Below, in pieces: positions 35,801 through 46,548 of a stretch of 64,000 nt of DNA (its first letter is position 1; the number at the start of each line of letters is the position of its first letter). The translations under genes were made by a program, and so were the position numbers. The notes beneath the pieces were generated by a model. The model was not told the DNA's origin. It did no database searches and saw nothing but the letters and a program-made list of their open reading frames with translations. The DNA is taken from NCBI RefSeq assembly GCF_018350175.1, contig NC_058377.1, positions 96,348,001 to 96,412,000 on the forward strand, read 5' to 3'. Source of the stretch: Felis catus. Taxonomy: Eukaryota.

Positions 35801-38800
35801 ACGGTCAGGGGTTATCGTCGCCAGAACAGAGAGACCAGACCTACTCACCATAGCTTAACTGGTAGTGATTATACTGGTAACAATTACTGACCGCATGCCG
35901 TGTTGCAGGCACTGGCCTAAGGCTTTACACCTAGTCCGTCATTTAATCCTCAGTACCTCCCTCGGAGGCAGGTTCTGTGTCAGCCCCATTTCACAGATGA
36001 GGACATGAAGGCACAGGGGGTTAAGTAACCTGTCAAATTCACACACACACAGAGCTCGTAACCAGGATTCGAACCACAAAAAGAAGATTCATTGCAAGGA
36101 TATAATAGGCAATTTCCTACCCATTCTAGAACAGTCAAGAACAGGATTGGTGTCACACTCTCCATCTCTTGTTGGGGTATATAGTTCCTCTTCCTCCCCT
36201 TTTTATATGCGAGCCTCTCTCCCGGACCTGTCTCAGCTCCCGCGTGGCCCAGTGTACCTGCCCCAGCTCCCACTGCACGTGACCTTTCTGTCCAGGTGCT
36301 CATTCTCATCTGATGAGCGTCTGTGCTTCCTAGAGCAAAGTCATGAGAGAGAGCACGTGATGGGCTTCTGGCCAGCCAGTGGATCGGCTCGCTTGGGTGC
36401 CTTGTTTACCTCCCGTCCACTCCCCGCGGCTGGGGTAGGGAGCATGTAGGACGAAGGCTGTCCCTCCCAGAGCTGCGAGTGGGGCAGGCGGGGGGAGGGG
36501 AAGGCGGCCTGACCATGTGTCCTCCCCAGAACTGGAGGCATGCCTTTGCCTCTGCATTACGATAGACCTTGGCGGTCATCACCAACCACCCCCGCCCCCA
36601 TCCACAGCTGGGGTCTTCTGGATGATATCCCGTCCCCAGCGTGCCGTCTCAGCCTTTGGTTCCAATGTGCCCAGAGGGGGAAAATCCACTCCTCCCGAAC
36701 CCACTCTATCTCTGGGCAGTTCTGTCTGCTCTCAAGTGTGTCCATTTGTCCAGCCCAGATCACCCTGCAGCTTCAACTCAGTGGATCCCTGTCTTCTTGG
36801 AGTGACCCAGCACGTTGAGTGCTTTAGAGGGATCCTCTGAGGTTCAGTTTGCTCATCAGTAAAGTTACTGACATTACAGAGTGATAGCGAGGACCAAATG
36901 AGCTAACACGCAAGTGCATGTTTAACACGGTTCCCAGCATGTAGTAAGTATTGAGTAAATGTTGGCTATTGATTATCAGCAAAGGGACTGATCTCAGTGG
37001 ATCCAGTATTAGAGCTTGAGAGTTGAGAGACACAGTGTGCCTCCACTGTTCCCCTGAGGACGTGGAAGTCTGGGAGAGGTGTGGAGCCCGTGGATGGGGG
37101 GATTGGGGCATTCGGGCCAGAGAGTGACAGACCCTGGCCCACTCCTGCCCTCAGAGGCGTTCCTGATCCCTGCCCCTTACTATGGAGCCATCACACAGCA
37201 CGTCTATCTCTATGGCGGCGTCCGACTGGTCTGTGTCTATCTGGACAGTGAGGTAAGAGCTCCTGGGACCCCAGGCAGGACCCACGCCTTCCTATAGATG
37301 AAGACTTTTCTCTCTATGAATTTGAGGGTGGACATGGGAAGAAGTCCATGCTGAGGGCTTTGGGGTTATGGCTGCAAGGAAGTGGAGCCTTCTGTTGCCC
37401 ATGACTGTCCATACCTGGGTTCCCCAGGGGTTCTCCAAGTCCTGGTTTTGAGAGCTCTGGGGTCAATGTAGAAGCCAAGGGCAGTCCCAGGGAGACTACA
37501 TCAAAATGGTGGCGTGAGGATGGGGCAGAGAAGACCTCAACATGAAAGTTCTTGGACCACAATCAGAGTATCTCTCGGGCCTCTTCCCAACTAAGAGTGA
37601 TGAAGTGTCCCTGATGTGATGGGGTGGGGGTTGGTGGCAATGAGGAGAGTGAGCCTATCTGTGTTTTTTTTTCCGAAACTGCATTGGGGAGGCTAGAGAT
37701 GACAAGGGCCCTGGAGAGGCCCCAGAAGTTCAGGTTTAGGGGATCCCTGAATTTGGCTGGTGGCTTTTCTCCATCTTTATCTAGGTCACTGGGCTGGACA
37801 CACGCCCCTTCCAGCTCACAGTGGAGAAGCTGGAGATGGCCCTGCAAAGAGCTAATTTTGAGGTCTGGAGGTCATATCAAACCCAAGGCTGGGAGTGGGT
37901 GGGTCTAAGCAGGACAACAGACTTCCTGTGACTGATCTCATCCTGGGAGTGGGTTGGCACTCCCTGATGGGGATGGGGGGGTTGGGGAGTCAAGTAGGAG
38001 CCTGCCCAAGGTGGGTCTTCTCACTGGAGAAAGACCCTGAGACCTTGGTGTACAAAGAGTCAACCAGGGAACTTGATTAACACCCCCGCCTCTACCACCC
38101 TATTTTGATTTTGTGGTCAGGTGTGGAACCTAGCCGTCTGTAGTTGAGCAGTCTCCCTGATGATTTGAGGACATGATTCTCCTCTTGCCTTGAGGGGACC
38201 TCCTGAAGAAAGGCAGAGACAAGTACTACTCCTGTGGTTCCTTTCTAGTCCGAGGTCATTAACGCTGTACATGTAGGAATTCTAAAAGTGAAAACCCCCA
38301 CCCATTATTCTACCAACAAAGGCAACCTTTACCCTTTGGGCATATTTGCCTCTGGGCTTTGTTCTCTGCCTTTGTTTCCTTTCCTGGTTGACCCCATGCT
38401 ACAGACATGTAATTCTCTGCCCTTGTTCACTCCACATTGGGTGGTGAACACATTCCCATCACATTTCCCTGGGAGCCTGCCCAGCAACCAGCCCCATCTA
38501 GTGGGACCGTGTGGCTCTGGCCTTCAGGAAGAGCTGAGGGTTTCCTGCCACACTGATGGTTTCAGGGTGTGAAGGTCAAAGGCCTCATCCTCATCAACCC
38601 CCAGAACCCTCTGGGTGACATCTACTCCCCAGGAGAGCTGCGGGACTACTTGGAATTTGCCAAGAGGTGAGGCACCTTGCAGTCCCCCCACAAAACATGC
38701 CAGCAGATCAGGAAACTGACACAGGCTTTGGTACAGGCCCTTCTACCCTGTTCCCTCCACTGTGGGCTCCCACCCGCTTTGGTCCTTCCCCAGCAGTGGG

Positions 38801-41800
38801 GTGGGGAAGCAGGGATTCGTGGGATGCTGCTTGTCTTTCTTTCTCTCTTTCTTGTTATAACAATAGCTGTCATTTAGTGTATAGGCTCTAGGGGCCAGGT
38901 ACCCTGCTAAGCACTTCATGTGCTGTGTCTCTTGTAATCCTCCCAGTCACCCTATTATCACACTGTCATTATCCCCCGTTTGCTGAGCAAGGAGTGGAGC
39001 CAGACTTGAATCTGGGTCTGTCCGTACGTAACTGTTTTGCACTTATTCGTGTCCTTTGTGGAGGTGCCCACGGCCTCTCCGCCTCTCCCAGACAGTGCTT
39101 CGAAAGCCCCACTGCCGTCTGCTTTGTGTGTGCGGCTTCCTGTTTGAAGAAACAGGCACAAGAAGGGTGTCTCTGGAAGAAAGTTTGGTAACCCTGGGCC
39201 AGACTGTGGTCCCCTTGGATTTCTGATCCATTGCTTCCCCCACCCCGGGGGACCTATTTGGCCTGCAAACCAAGCTCTCTCCTCCAGGCACAAGCTGCAC
39301 GTGATGGTGGATGAGGTCTACATGCTGTCCGTGTTTGAGAAGTCGGCGGGGTACCACAGCGTCCTAAGCCTGGAAGGGTGAGGCTGCCCCACCAAATCTG
39401 ACTCTGCCAGCCCCCCCAGGCCCCCACGGTACCCCGGCCCCTTGTGGCTTGGCCCTCAGGATGTGGCCTAAGTTCATTTCCTCTCACGTCCAGCTAATCC
39501 CACCGTCCTCAGATCCCCTAAGGAGAACATGGGAAGCCAGGCTGCATCATGGGTTTTCACATTGTTCTGTGGGGTTTCTGTAGAGCCCCAAGGAGGGGCC
39601 GGGCCATAGGATTCCTGGTGGGGGGAGGGTGGTGCTGCGAGGGTGGGAACTGGCCTTCTTTGCTGTTTTCCAGAGTAGCTCTAGCTTTATCCATTCACTC
39701 ACTTACTTACTCACCCATTCATATACCCTTTCATTCATTCATTCATTTACTCAGTCGTTCACTCCCTCCCTCATTCACTCCCTCCCTCATTCACTCCCTC
39801 CCTCATTCACTTACTCCCTCATTCACTTACTCCCTCCCTCCCTCACTCCACTCCCTCCCTCACTTCCTCCCTCACTCCCTCCCTCAGTTGTTTGTTCCCT
39901 CACTCCCTCACTCTTCACTGACTCACTCGTTCACTTCCTCACTCATTCACTCACTCATTCACTTACTCCCTCACTCACGCATTCACTCCCTCAGTTGGTC
40001 ACTCAGCAAATCCTTCTGCAGCCCCAGGCACGTGCCAAGCACTTCCAGCTGTTTGGGCTCTTTCACTGGATTTGGTATAAGCCAAACATTTGTGGCTAAA
40101 ACAGCTTTGGAGACTCTTAGACCAGATCATCTGTAAAGTCTGCAAATCCAACATTCAGAGATTCTAACAGTTCCTGATACTTGTTCAGACCCGCTGACCC
40201 TGTGAGGTCCTTTCCATTGGTTCTCTCAGCTAGTCCTCATGAGGCCAGGTAGACGGTTGTCACTTCTGTTTGTTTATGGGTTAGGAAAGTGAGACACAGA
40301 GAAACAGTGACTTGCCATCTACTCTGTGCCGGACATTGTGCCAGGCGCTGGGATACAACAGTGAGCAGGAAAGGCATAGGCCCTTCTTGGGTGGAACTTC
40401 TATTTCTAGCCAGGAGAACGTTAGCAGCTAAATACACAGTGCTTTGATTGTGGCCGTGAGAAGTGCTAAGAAGGAGAAGTCTGGGGAGCTGTGAGGGGAT
40501 CTACTTAGGGTCCTCCGTTGGCCCCGCCTACGGGGAGGTGGTCAGAGAAGTGTGTTTGAGGAAGTAGAACTCGAGCTATGCTCCAGATCAGGGATTGGCA
40601 AATGTTTTTTGGATCAGATGGCAAATATTTAAGGCTTTCTAGGCCATACGGTCTCTCCCTCAGCTGCCATACAGCGTGAATGCAATCATCGACGGTATGC
40701 ACACGAAGAAGCATGGCTGTGTTCCAGTAAAGCTTTATTTACGGAAACAGGCAGTGGGCTGGGTTTAGCCTGCAGGCTACGTCTGCCGACTCTTGCTCTA
40801 AAGGATGTGTAGGAATTGCTGACTCAAGAGACGAAACCGGAGCTTCACACAAGAACCGGAACCAAATTCGTCCACCCATCTCATTTGTTCAGCCGAACGT
40901 GTGTGAGCCTTTGTGGTGGATCTGTGTTCCCATGTTCCCACACTGTGCTCTCTGCAGGTTGCCTGACCCCCAGAGGACCCATGTAATGTGGGCGACCAGC
41001 AAGGTAGGTTCCTGTATGGCCTCGGGGGTGTCGGGGAGGTGAGAGGGCAGAGAGGTGGGTGGAACCAGCTTCCTGTGTGGCGGGATGGCCACCGGGTGCC
41101 TTTCTCCTGCAGGACTTCGGGATGTCTGGGCTCCGCTTCGGCACGCTGTACACAGAGAACCGGGACGTGGCCACTGCGGTGGCTTCCCTCTGCCGCTATC
41201 ACGGCCTCAGTGGCTTGGTCCAGTACCAGATGGCACAGCTGCTCCGGGACCGTGGTGACTGCCTGGGCCCCGTCACTTGAGAACTGGGGGGAAGGTTGTA
41301 GTCCGTCGGGGACTGGCCAGGCATCATGGGTGCTTCTGTCATGAAAAGAATTCAGGGTGGCGTTTGGAAGTCCCAGTGACCTGACTCGGGCACTCCCTGG
41401 CTGTGTGGCACCTTCCTTCGCCTCCCCAAACCTCAGTTAGTGTGACTTGTGAATTAGCGATAGCACCTGGCGTAAAGAGGCGCTTGGTCAGCGTGAACCC
41501 ATTACTATTAGCTGTGAGCACTTAGAAAAAGCAGAAGCTACAGAGGGAAAATGGTTATAAGGCAAGTCTCTCTCTGTGAGCATCTCAGTGTAGACAGCAA
41601 AGGTGGTCTGTAATTGCCCCCGTTTATTGAGCCCTGCTAGATGTTCTCAGTGCACCGGCTCATTTGTCCCTCCCCTGAATCCAGGAGCAGATATTCCTGT
41701 ATTTTCCCTGGTATTTTGTAGATGAGGACAGGAGGACCAGAGGACCAGATACCATACCTGATGCTACCTGCTGTAGCAACTATAATTAAAAAAAAAATAG

Positions 41801-43418
41801 CGACACCATCAAGTGTCGGCGAGGGTGTGCAGCAGCTGGAACGCTCACGGGCCACCCTGGGAATGCAGGAAGGCGCGGCCACTTTGCAAAGCAATTGGCC
41901 GTTGCTTACGAAGTTAAACACACGCTTACCAAACGGCCCAGCGATCCCTCCCCTAGCTCTTTACCCTTACGGTCACCCAAAACCCACTACGTGAATATTT
42001 ATAGCTGCTTTGTTCACAATCACCCCACACTGGAACCCGCCCCCCGCAACGTCCTTGTGGGCATGAACAGGGGAACAGACTGTGGCCCATCCGCACAATG
42101 GAATACAACTCTGGCATAAAATCCAAGGCAACGCGGGCTGAGCTCAAAGGCATTGTGCTGAGGGAAAGAGGCCAAAAGATGACGTGATGTGTAATTCTAC
42201 TTATGTGACGTTCTGGAAAAGGCAAAAGTAGAGTGACGGAGAACAGGCCAGTGGGTTGTGGGGCCATGGGGGAGACGGGACTACAAACAGCATGAGGGTG
42301 TTCTGTGGGGTGAGGGAGCTGTTGGTGTCCTGCTTGTGGGGGAGGGTGGGGTGGTTTACACAAATCTGCACGTGTGTTAAAACTCATCAAACTGGACACC
42401 ACGGAAAGTTAATAAAAAAAGGTGAGGATGGGGGGGGGGGTGAAGTTGCCCAAGGCCCCACAAGTTGTCAGTGGACTGGCTGGGACCTGAACCTCAGCCT
42501 CTGTGAGTCGGAAGCATTGCTCTGTGAGTGGGCCATCCCTCGGGTAGGATCCACATCCTGAGGGACTGTGTGTCTGCGGGACAGGGAGCTGTCAGGCCAG
42601 GTGTCTGGATTTCAGGTGCTTTGTACTGGCTATTGAATATTTCCATCGCCCCCATCATCCAGCTGGAGGAAGGGTCCTGGCCTTTTTGTTGTCAGTGTTT
42701 ACACTCCTGGGACAGAGTGAAGGATTGATGAGAGTTTTGTGTTTTGGCCTCTCTTTGTACCCAGACTGGATCAACCAGGTGTACCTACCTGAGAACCATG
42801 CCCGGCTCAAGGCTGCCCACACCTATGTCGCAGGAGAGCTCCGGGCCCTGGGGATCCCCTTCCTCGGCCGTGGGGCAGGCTTCTTCATCTGGGTTGACCT
42901 GAGGAAGGTAATGCAGGTGGCGGGGCTGGTGCTGCAGGCTGGGAGGGAGTTTAGGCCTCCCTCCAGCAGGTGAGGGGCAGGGCTGTCCCATTTGCATCCT
43001 GAGCCCCTCCACTCCCGCCCCCCCCCCCCAGTACCTGCCCGAGGCCACCTTTAAGGAGGAAATGCTGCTTTGGCGCCGCTTTTTGGACAACAAGGTACTG
43101 CTGTCCTGCGGCAAAGCCTTCCAGTGTAAAGAGCCTGGCTGGTTCCGCTTGGTCTTCTCGGACAAGGCCCACCGGCTTTGCCTGGGTAAGCGATCCCACC
43201 TCCTCACACACCCTTCGGTCTGCCTTCCCTCCTCCGGTCCCCGCTGTGGCTCCAGCAGCCTTGGCTCGTGCATCCTGCCGCCCAGCTATCGGTGCCAATG
43301 CAGCTGTCCCTTCTTCCCAGGGATGCAGAGGGTCCGGCAGGTGCTGGAGGGCAAATCCCAGGTGCCTGATGACCCCGCTTCCTGTCAGAGCCAGGAGTCA
43401 GGGAACCAGCGCCGGTGA
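29592..43418 (+). CDS. ACCS: ACC synthase homolog (ACCS/PHACS), 14 coding exons, 502 aa, PLP-dependent
   Basis: Splicing of 29592-29882, 30982-31041, 33298-33368, 34534-34603, 35100-35166, 37155-37252, 37785-37862, 38566-38666, 39288-39377, 40958-41003, 41113-41254, 42765-42907, 43032-43185, 43321-43418 gives 1509 nt ending in TGA. MFTLPQK...KWFWDSAEEGYRTYHMDEYDEDKNP, WATSKDFGMSGLRFG and ...NQRR* match mammalian ACCS. Confidence 0.96.
30982..31041 (+). CDS. ACCS: ACCS coding exon 2 (GIINMGTSENKLCFDLLSRR)
   Basis: ccag| ... |gtaag, 60 nt. Confidence 0.94.
31317..31962. mobile_element. MER63-like hAT-Blackjack element interrupted by a SINE
   Basis: gccaattcccatagtgtaaatactcccaccgtggctggtttcaag and terminal gagctggtatgagcc...ccactg. 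Confidence 0.5.
31544..31762 (+). mobile_element. CAN-SINE inserted into an older hAT element
   Basis: Perfect 17-bp TSD aaaaatgtagtaacata (31527-31543 / 31763-31779). Confidence 0.95.
32140..32650. mobile_element. MER33/MER3-like hAT-Charlie element interrupted by a SINE
   Basis: ctgtccaa...gagccacatat...ctagccacatt...tactggacagc termini. Confidence 0.6.
32313..32534 (-). mobile_element. CAN-SINE inserted into a MER33/MER3-like element
   Basis: TSD ttgcatact. Confidence 0.93.
33005..33200 (+). mobile_element. MIR
   Basis: Core ctctgccacttgctagctctgtgaccttgg...gagcctcagtttcctcatctg; further MIRs near 5170, 34030, 35900, 44650, 53470. Confidence 0.75.
33298..33368 (+). CDS. ACCS: ACCS coding exon 3 (LSQSDMLRVEPSLLQYPDWRGHP)
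   Basis: ccag| ... |gtaag, 71 nt. Confidence 0.94.
33389..33600. mobile_element. MER20-like hAT MITE just after ACCS coding exon 3
   Basis: cagtggttctca...ctggagacatcttt...gtcataactggg...actggcatt. Confidence 0.7.
34534..34603 (+). CDS. ACCS: ACCS coding exon 4 (LREEVARFLSFYCKSPAPLKPEN)
   Basis: ttag| ... |gtgag, 70 nt. Confidence 0.94.
35100..35166 (+). CDS. ACCS: ACCS coding exon 5 (VVVLNGCASLFSALATVLCEVG)
   Basis: tcag| ... |gtaag, 67 nt. Confidence 0.94.
37155..37252 (+). CDS. ACCS: ACCS coding exon 6 (AFLIPAPYYGAITQ...LDSE)
   Basis: tcag| ... |gtaag, 98 nt. Confidence 0.94.
37785..37862 (+). CDS. ACCS: ACCS coding exon 7 (VTGLDTRPFQLTVEKLEMALQRANFE)
   Basis: ctag| ... |gtctgg (weak donor), 78 nt. 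Confidence 0.92.
38566..38666 (+). CDS. ACCS: ACCS coding exon 8 (GVKVKGLILINPQNPLG...FAK)
   Basis: tcag| ... |gtgag, 101 nt. Confidence 0.94.
39288..39377 (+). CDS. ACCS: ACCS coding exon 9 (HKLHVMVDEVYMLSVFEK...)
   Basis: ccag| ... |gtgag, 90 nt, DEVY motif. Confidence 0.94.
39689..39992. repeat. Degenerate (TCAC/TCAT/TCCC)n tetranucleotide tract in ACCS intron
   Basis: About 300 bp of imperfect 4-mer repeats. Confidence 0.9.
40589..40797. mobile_element. MER58A-like hAT-Charlie MITE
   Basis: cagggattggcaaa...ggctgtgttccagtaaagctttatttac...gccgactcttg. Confidence 0.7.
40958..41003 (+). CDS. ACCS: ACCS coding exon 10 (LPDPQRTHVMWATSK, PLP lysine)
   Basis: gcag| ... |gtagg, 46 nt. Confidence 0.94.
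41113..41254 (+). CDS. ACCS: ACCS coding exon 11 (DFGMSGLRFG...LLRDR)
   Basis: gcag| ... |gtgac, 142 nt. Confidence 0.94.
41750..42420 (+). mobile_element. Old L1 (L1M) 3' end in ACCS intron
   Basis: gagggtgtgcagcagctggaacgctca...tgtggcccatccgcacaatggaatac...aaaactcatcaaactg...aataaaaaa. Confidence 0.75.
42765..42907 (+). CDS. ACCS: ACCS coding exon 12 (WINQVYLPEN...WVDLRK)
   Basis: ccag| ... |gtaat, 143 nt. Confidence 0.94.
43032..43185 (+). CDS. ACCS: ACCS coding exon 13 (YLPEATFKEE...PGWFRLVF...)
   Basis: poly-C tract cag| ... |gtaag, 154 nt. Confidence 0.94.
43321..43418 (+). CDS. ACCS: ACCS last coding exon (MQRVRQVLEGK...NQRR*)
   Basis: ttcttcccag| acceptor, TGA at 43416-43418. Confidence 0.93.
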
Positions 43419-43821
43419 GCTGGTCGTTGCCTGGTGACCGCAGGACCTGGCAGCCGCCACCAGTCTGACCCATTTGGGGCTGTGAAGACTGGCGGGCGCG
43501 AGCCGTTTGCCAGGAGGGTACCTGACTTGGCCTTGGCCCTGAAGAAGAACCATTGCTTGCCTCTCTCAGTGGCGGTGAGACTCCTCCAGCGGTGCTTTGA
43601 CTCGGCCCCACCCCCTCTATTAAACAAGACTGGGAGAAACTGGAAGCCTCGGTTGTGATTTGCTGAATGGAGGAGTCGCGACTGCTGCTAACCACAACCC
43701 TTAGGACCCACCCCTCCCAGGATGTGAGACCGAAACAACGCTACCTTCTTTCTTCCTTCTTCTTTGTTGCCAGGGAAACAAGTTAGAGGAGCAACACATA
43801 TGAGAGAGAATATGCCCCCGA

Positions 43822-43827
43822 AATAAA
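43822..43827 (+). terminator. ACCS candidate polyadenylation signal AATAAA (a proximal ATTAAA lies at 43619-43624)
   Basis: Hexamers about 200 and 400 nt after the stop codon. Confidence 0.55.
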
Positions 43828-44266
43828 CAAGAATGATAATCCCCGAACTGCTAGGTGAAAGGAATTAATTCTGTATGTTCAGATCGTTCTCCCCACGTTA
43901 GGATGTGTGGGCCCACAGTACCCCTGGGGCCTGGGACGGGCCTCTGCTTGGGCCGTGGTGAAGAGGACCCTGTGCTGGTGATCAGGAAGAACTTCTCTCC
44001 CTCCTCCTTCCTGGCAGGGAGCTGCCCTCACTGATGATCTCAAACCTGAGTGATCTAGCCATGACTGGGGGGGGATACGGGCTAGACCTTGAAGCAAGGC
44101 TTTCCACCCTACGCATGCAAAGGGCCACTCACCCCATCTCCAGGGGTGCTTTAGTCCAGGGCCCAGATGAGCTTTCTGAACTGATCTTAAAGCTTTGCGC
44201 TGAGGACCCTTCTCTGGTGTCTACGCTCCTGATAAGAAAAGCTGTCTCTTTCCTTGTTTCTGTTTT

Positions 44267-44495
44267 TTTTTTTTTTTAATTTTTTTTTTCAACGTTTATT
44301 TATTTTTTTTGGGACAGAGAGAGACAGAGCATGAACGGGGGAGGGGCAGAGAGAGAGGGAGACACAGAATCGGAAACAGGCTCCAGGCTCCGAGCCGTCA
44401 GCCCAGAGCCTGACGCGGGGCTCGAACTCCCGGACCGCGGGATCGTGACCTGGCTGAAGTCGGACGCTTAACCGACTGCGCCACCCAGGCGCCCC
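44267..44495 (-). mobile_element. Young CAN-SINE (GGTGGCGCAGTCGG subtype)
   Basis: CpGs retained, TSD tccttgtttctgtttt. Confidence 0.95.
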
Positions 44496-44846
44496 TCCTT
44501 GTTTCTGTTTTAAGAGAATGTCAGCGCGATCAGTGTTTCATTTCTGTAAACCATGGTGCTCAGTTTAGGATTTGCTTTCCTCTATCTTTCTGCCTTTCAT
44601 TTATTCATTTCTTCTCCCTGTCTTTTCTCGAATATGTTCCATGTGCCAGGTACTGTGCTGGTAGTTTCTATGCGTTATTTCTTACTTTAACAACCCTGGG
44701 AAGCTGATGTTATTATCCCCCATTTTAGAGATGAGGAAATGGAGTCTCAAAGACATGGAATGATGTTCCCAACGTCACGTGACTAAAAAGTATCAGAGCC
44801 GGGATTCAAAAAGTCAGATTGGTTTGGTTGAAAGTCCTGTGCTGTT

Positions 44847-45074
44847 GGGGCGCCTGGGTGGCGCAGTCGGTTGAGCATCCGACTTCAGCCAGGTCACGAT
44901 CTCGCGGTCTGTGAGTTCGAGCCCCGCGTCGGGCTCTGGGCTGATGGCTCAGAGCCTGGAGCCTGTTTCCTATTCTGTGTCTCCCTCTCTCTCTGCCCCT
45001 CGCCCGTTCATGCTCTGTCTCTCTCTGTACCAAAAATAAATAAACGTTGAAAAAAAATTTAAAAAAAAAAAAAA
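44847..45074 (+). mobile_element. Young CAN-SINE inserted in a MIR
   Basis: TSD gaaagtcctgtgctgtt. Confidence 0.95.
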
Positions 45075-45689
45075 GAAAGTCCTGTGCTGTTTTTACTCTG
45101 TCATACCAGGTTCCAGCAAGATGCTCTGACTCTCTCCAGGCCTGAGAATCAGGCTTTGTGTTGTCATTGTCGCCCCCTTTAATTATTCTTCAGTGTCTTT
45201 GGCTAAGTATTGGCTCCTGTCTATTCCCACTTCCGGGAAACATCGGTACTAGGATTTGCTGAGTCACTGGAAAGCCTTCAGGTTTACAGAGGATCAGTAT
45301 GAGAATGGCCACATTGAGAGCCCTTTGCATCCCCTTCAAAAGCCTCCGTTGTGATGCTTGCCATTGCTTAGGGTCCCCCAGGGAAGGATCCAGGTGATCC
45401 ATTCCAGTTTAGAATTCTCAGAAGAATGACTCCTCCTTCTTCAGAGGGAATCTAAGCTGGCTTCCCAGCAGAGGCGGACTGAACCGGGAATTGGCCTGAA
45501 TGTTTCAGTAGGCAGAAGAGGGGCCTACAGTCCCAGCTGGCCTGTGCTGTGCTGATGGGCTGTGTTCCACGTGTATCTCTTTGTGAAGTGTGGGTCCGGC
45601 ATATTCTACACCCATCTCATGTCCTCCCTAGTCACCTTTCTGCTTTGCTCTTTACTAAGCCAGCCAGCCGTGTGTGCGCTTAGCCCAAG

Positions 45690-46060
45690 GGCACCTCAGC
45701 TGCTCCAAATGTCACTTTCTGGCACAGCCTTCTGGCACAGCCACTTGGGGCACATGTACACTGGGAGGTCTGAGGGAGTTCACACTTCTGGGGTGATCCT
45801 TGAGCGATGGGGGCTGGGGCAGGAACCAGTGGATAAATATCCCTCCCTGCAGTAGACAGTTCTGACGTTCTGTGTGGCTTCTTCAAGAGTCCTGCTGGGA
45901 GTGAGCCCCGGGTGCCCACGACAGTAGCCTGCTCTGTAACGCACCCCTGGATGGGCTTTCTCTTTTCTCCTGGACTCATTCCGATTTCACTATTCCCTTA
46001 AGGTTACTTCCCAAAATAGTTACCTGCATCAAGCCTCTCTCTCAGGGAAGGGCAAGACAG
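45690..46060 (+). mobile_element. LTR16/LTR33-like ERV-L solo LTR
   Basis: Shares ccagtggataaat...gacagttc...cccac...gcacc...ggctttc with the LTRs near 54.9 and 57.4 kb. Confidence 0.55.
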
Positions 46061-46331
46061 AGGGCACATGACAGGTGAACAACATCCACCATGTATTTTC
46101 TGAGCTCAAGCCATTTTCCCCCACAACCCGGAGATGCAGGCCCAGGTTTGGGCACCAAGTGATTGGATTTCTGTGAGTCTTTGGGAGAACCCTCTACTGT
46201 TGGCAGTTACAGGGCGAAAGGTTTTTCATAGGGAAATAAAATATTTCCCTTTCTCAATCGATGAGAATTTCTAAGTTATTCTCTTACTTAAGACTTGTTT
46301 ACAAAAATGGTGAACACAGCTCATATTTAAA

Positions 46332-46548
46332 AATTTTTTTTTCAAAGTTTTTTATTTATTTTTGGGACAGAGAGAGACAGAGCATGAACGGGGGAGGGGC
46401 AGAGAGAGAGGGAGACACAGAATCGGAAACAGGCTCCAGGCTCCGAGCCATCAGCCCAGAGCCTGACGCGAGGCTCAAACTCACGGACCGCGAGATCATG
46501 ACCTGGTTGAAGTCGGACGCTTAACCGACTGCGCCACCCAGGCGCCCC
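46332..46548 (-). mobile_element. Young CAN-SINE
   Basis: TSD agctcatatttaaa. Confidence 0.94.

Noticed and set aside
39549-40136. 195-aa His/Ser/Leu/Pro-rich ORF
   Set aside because: Translation of the tetranucleotide repeat
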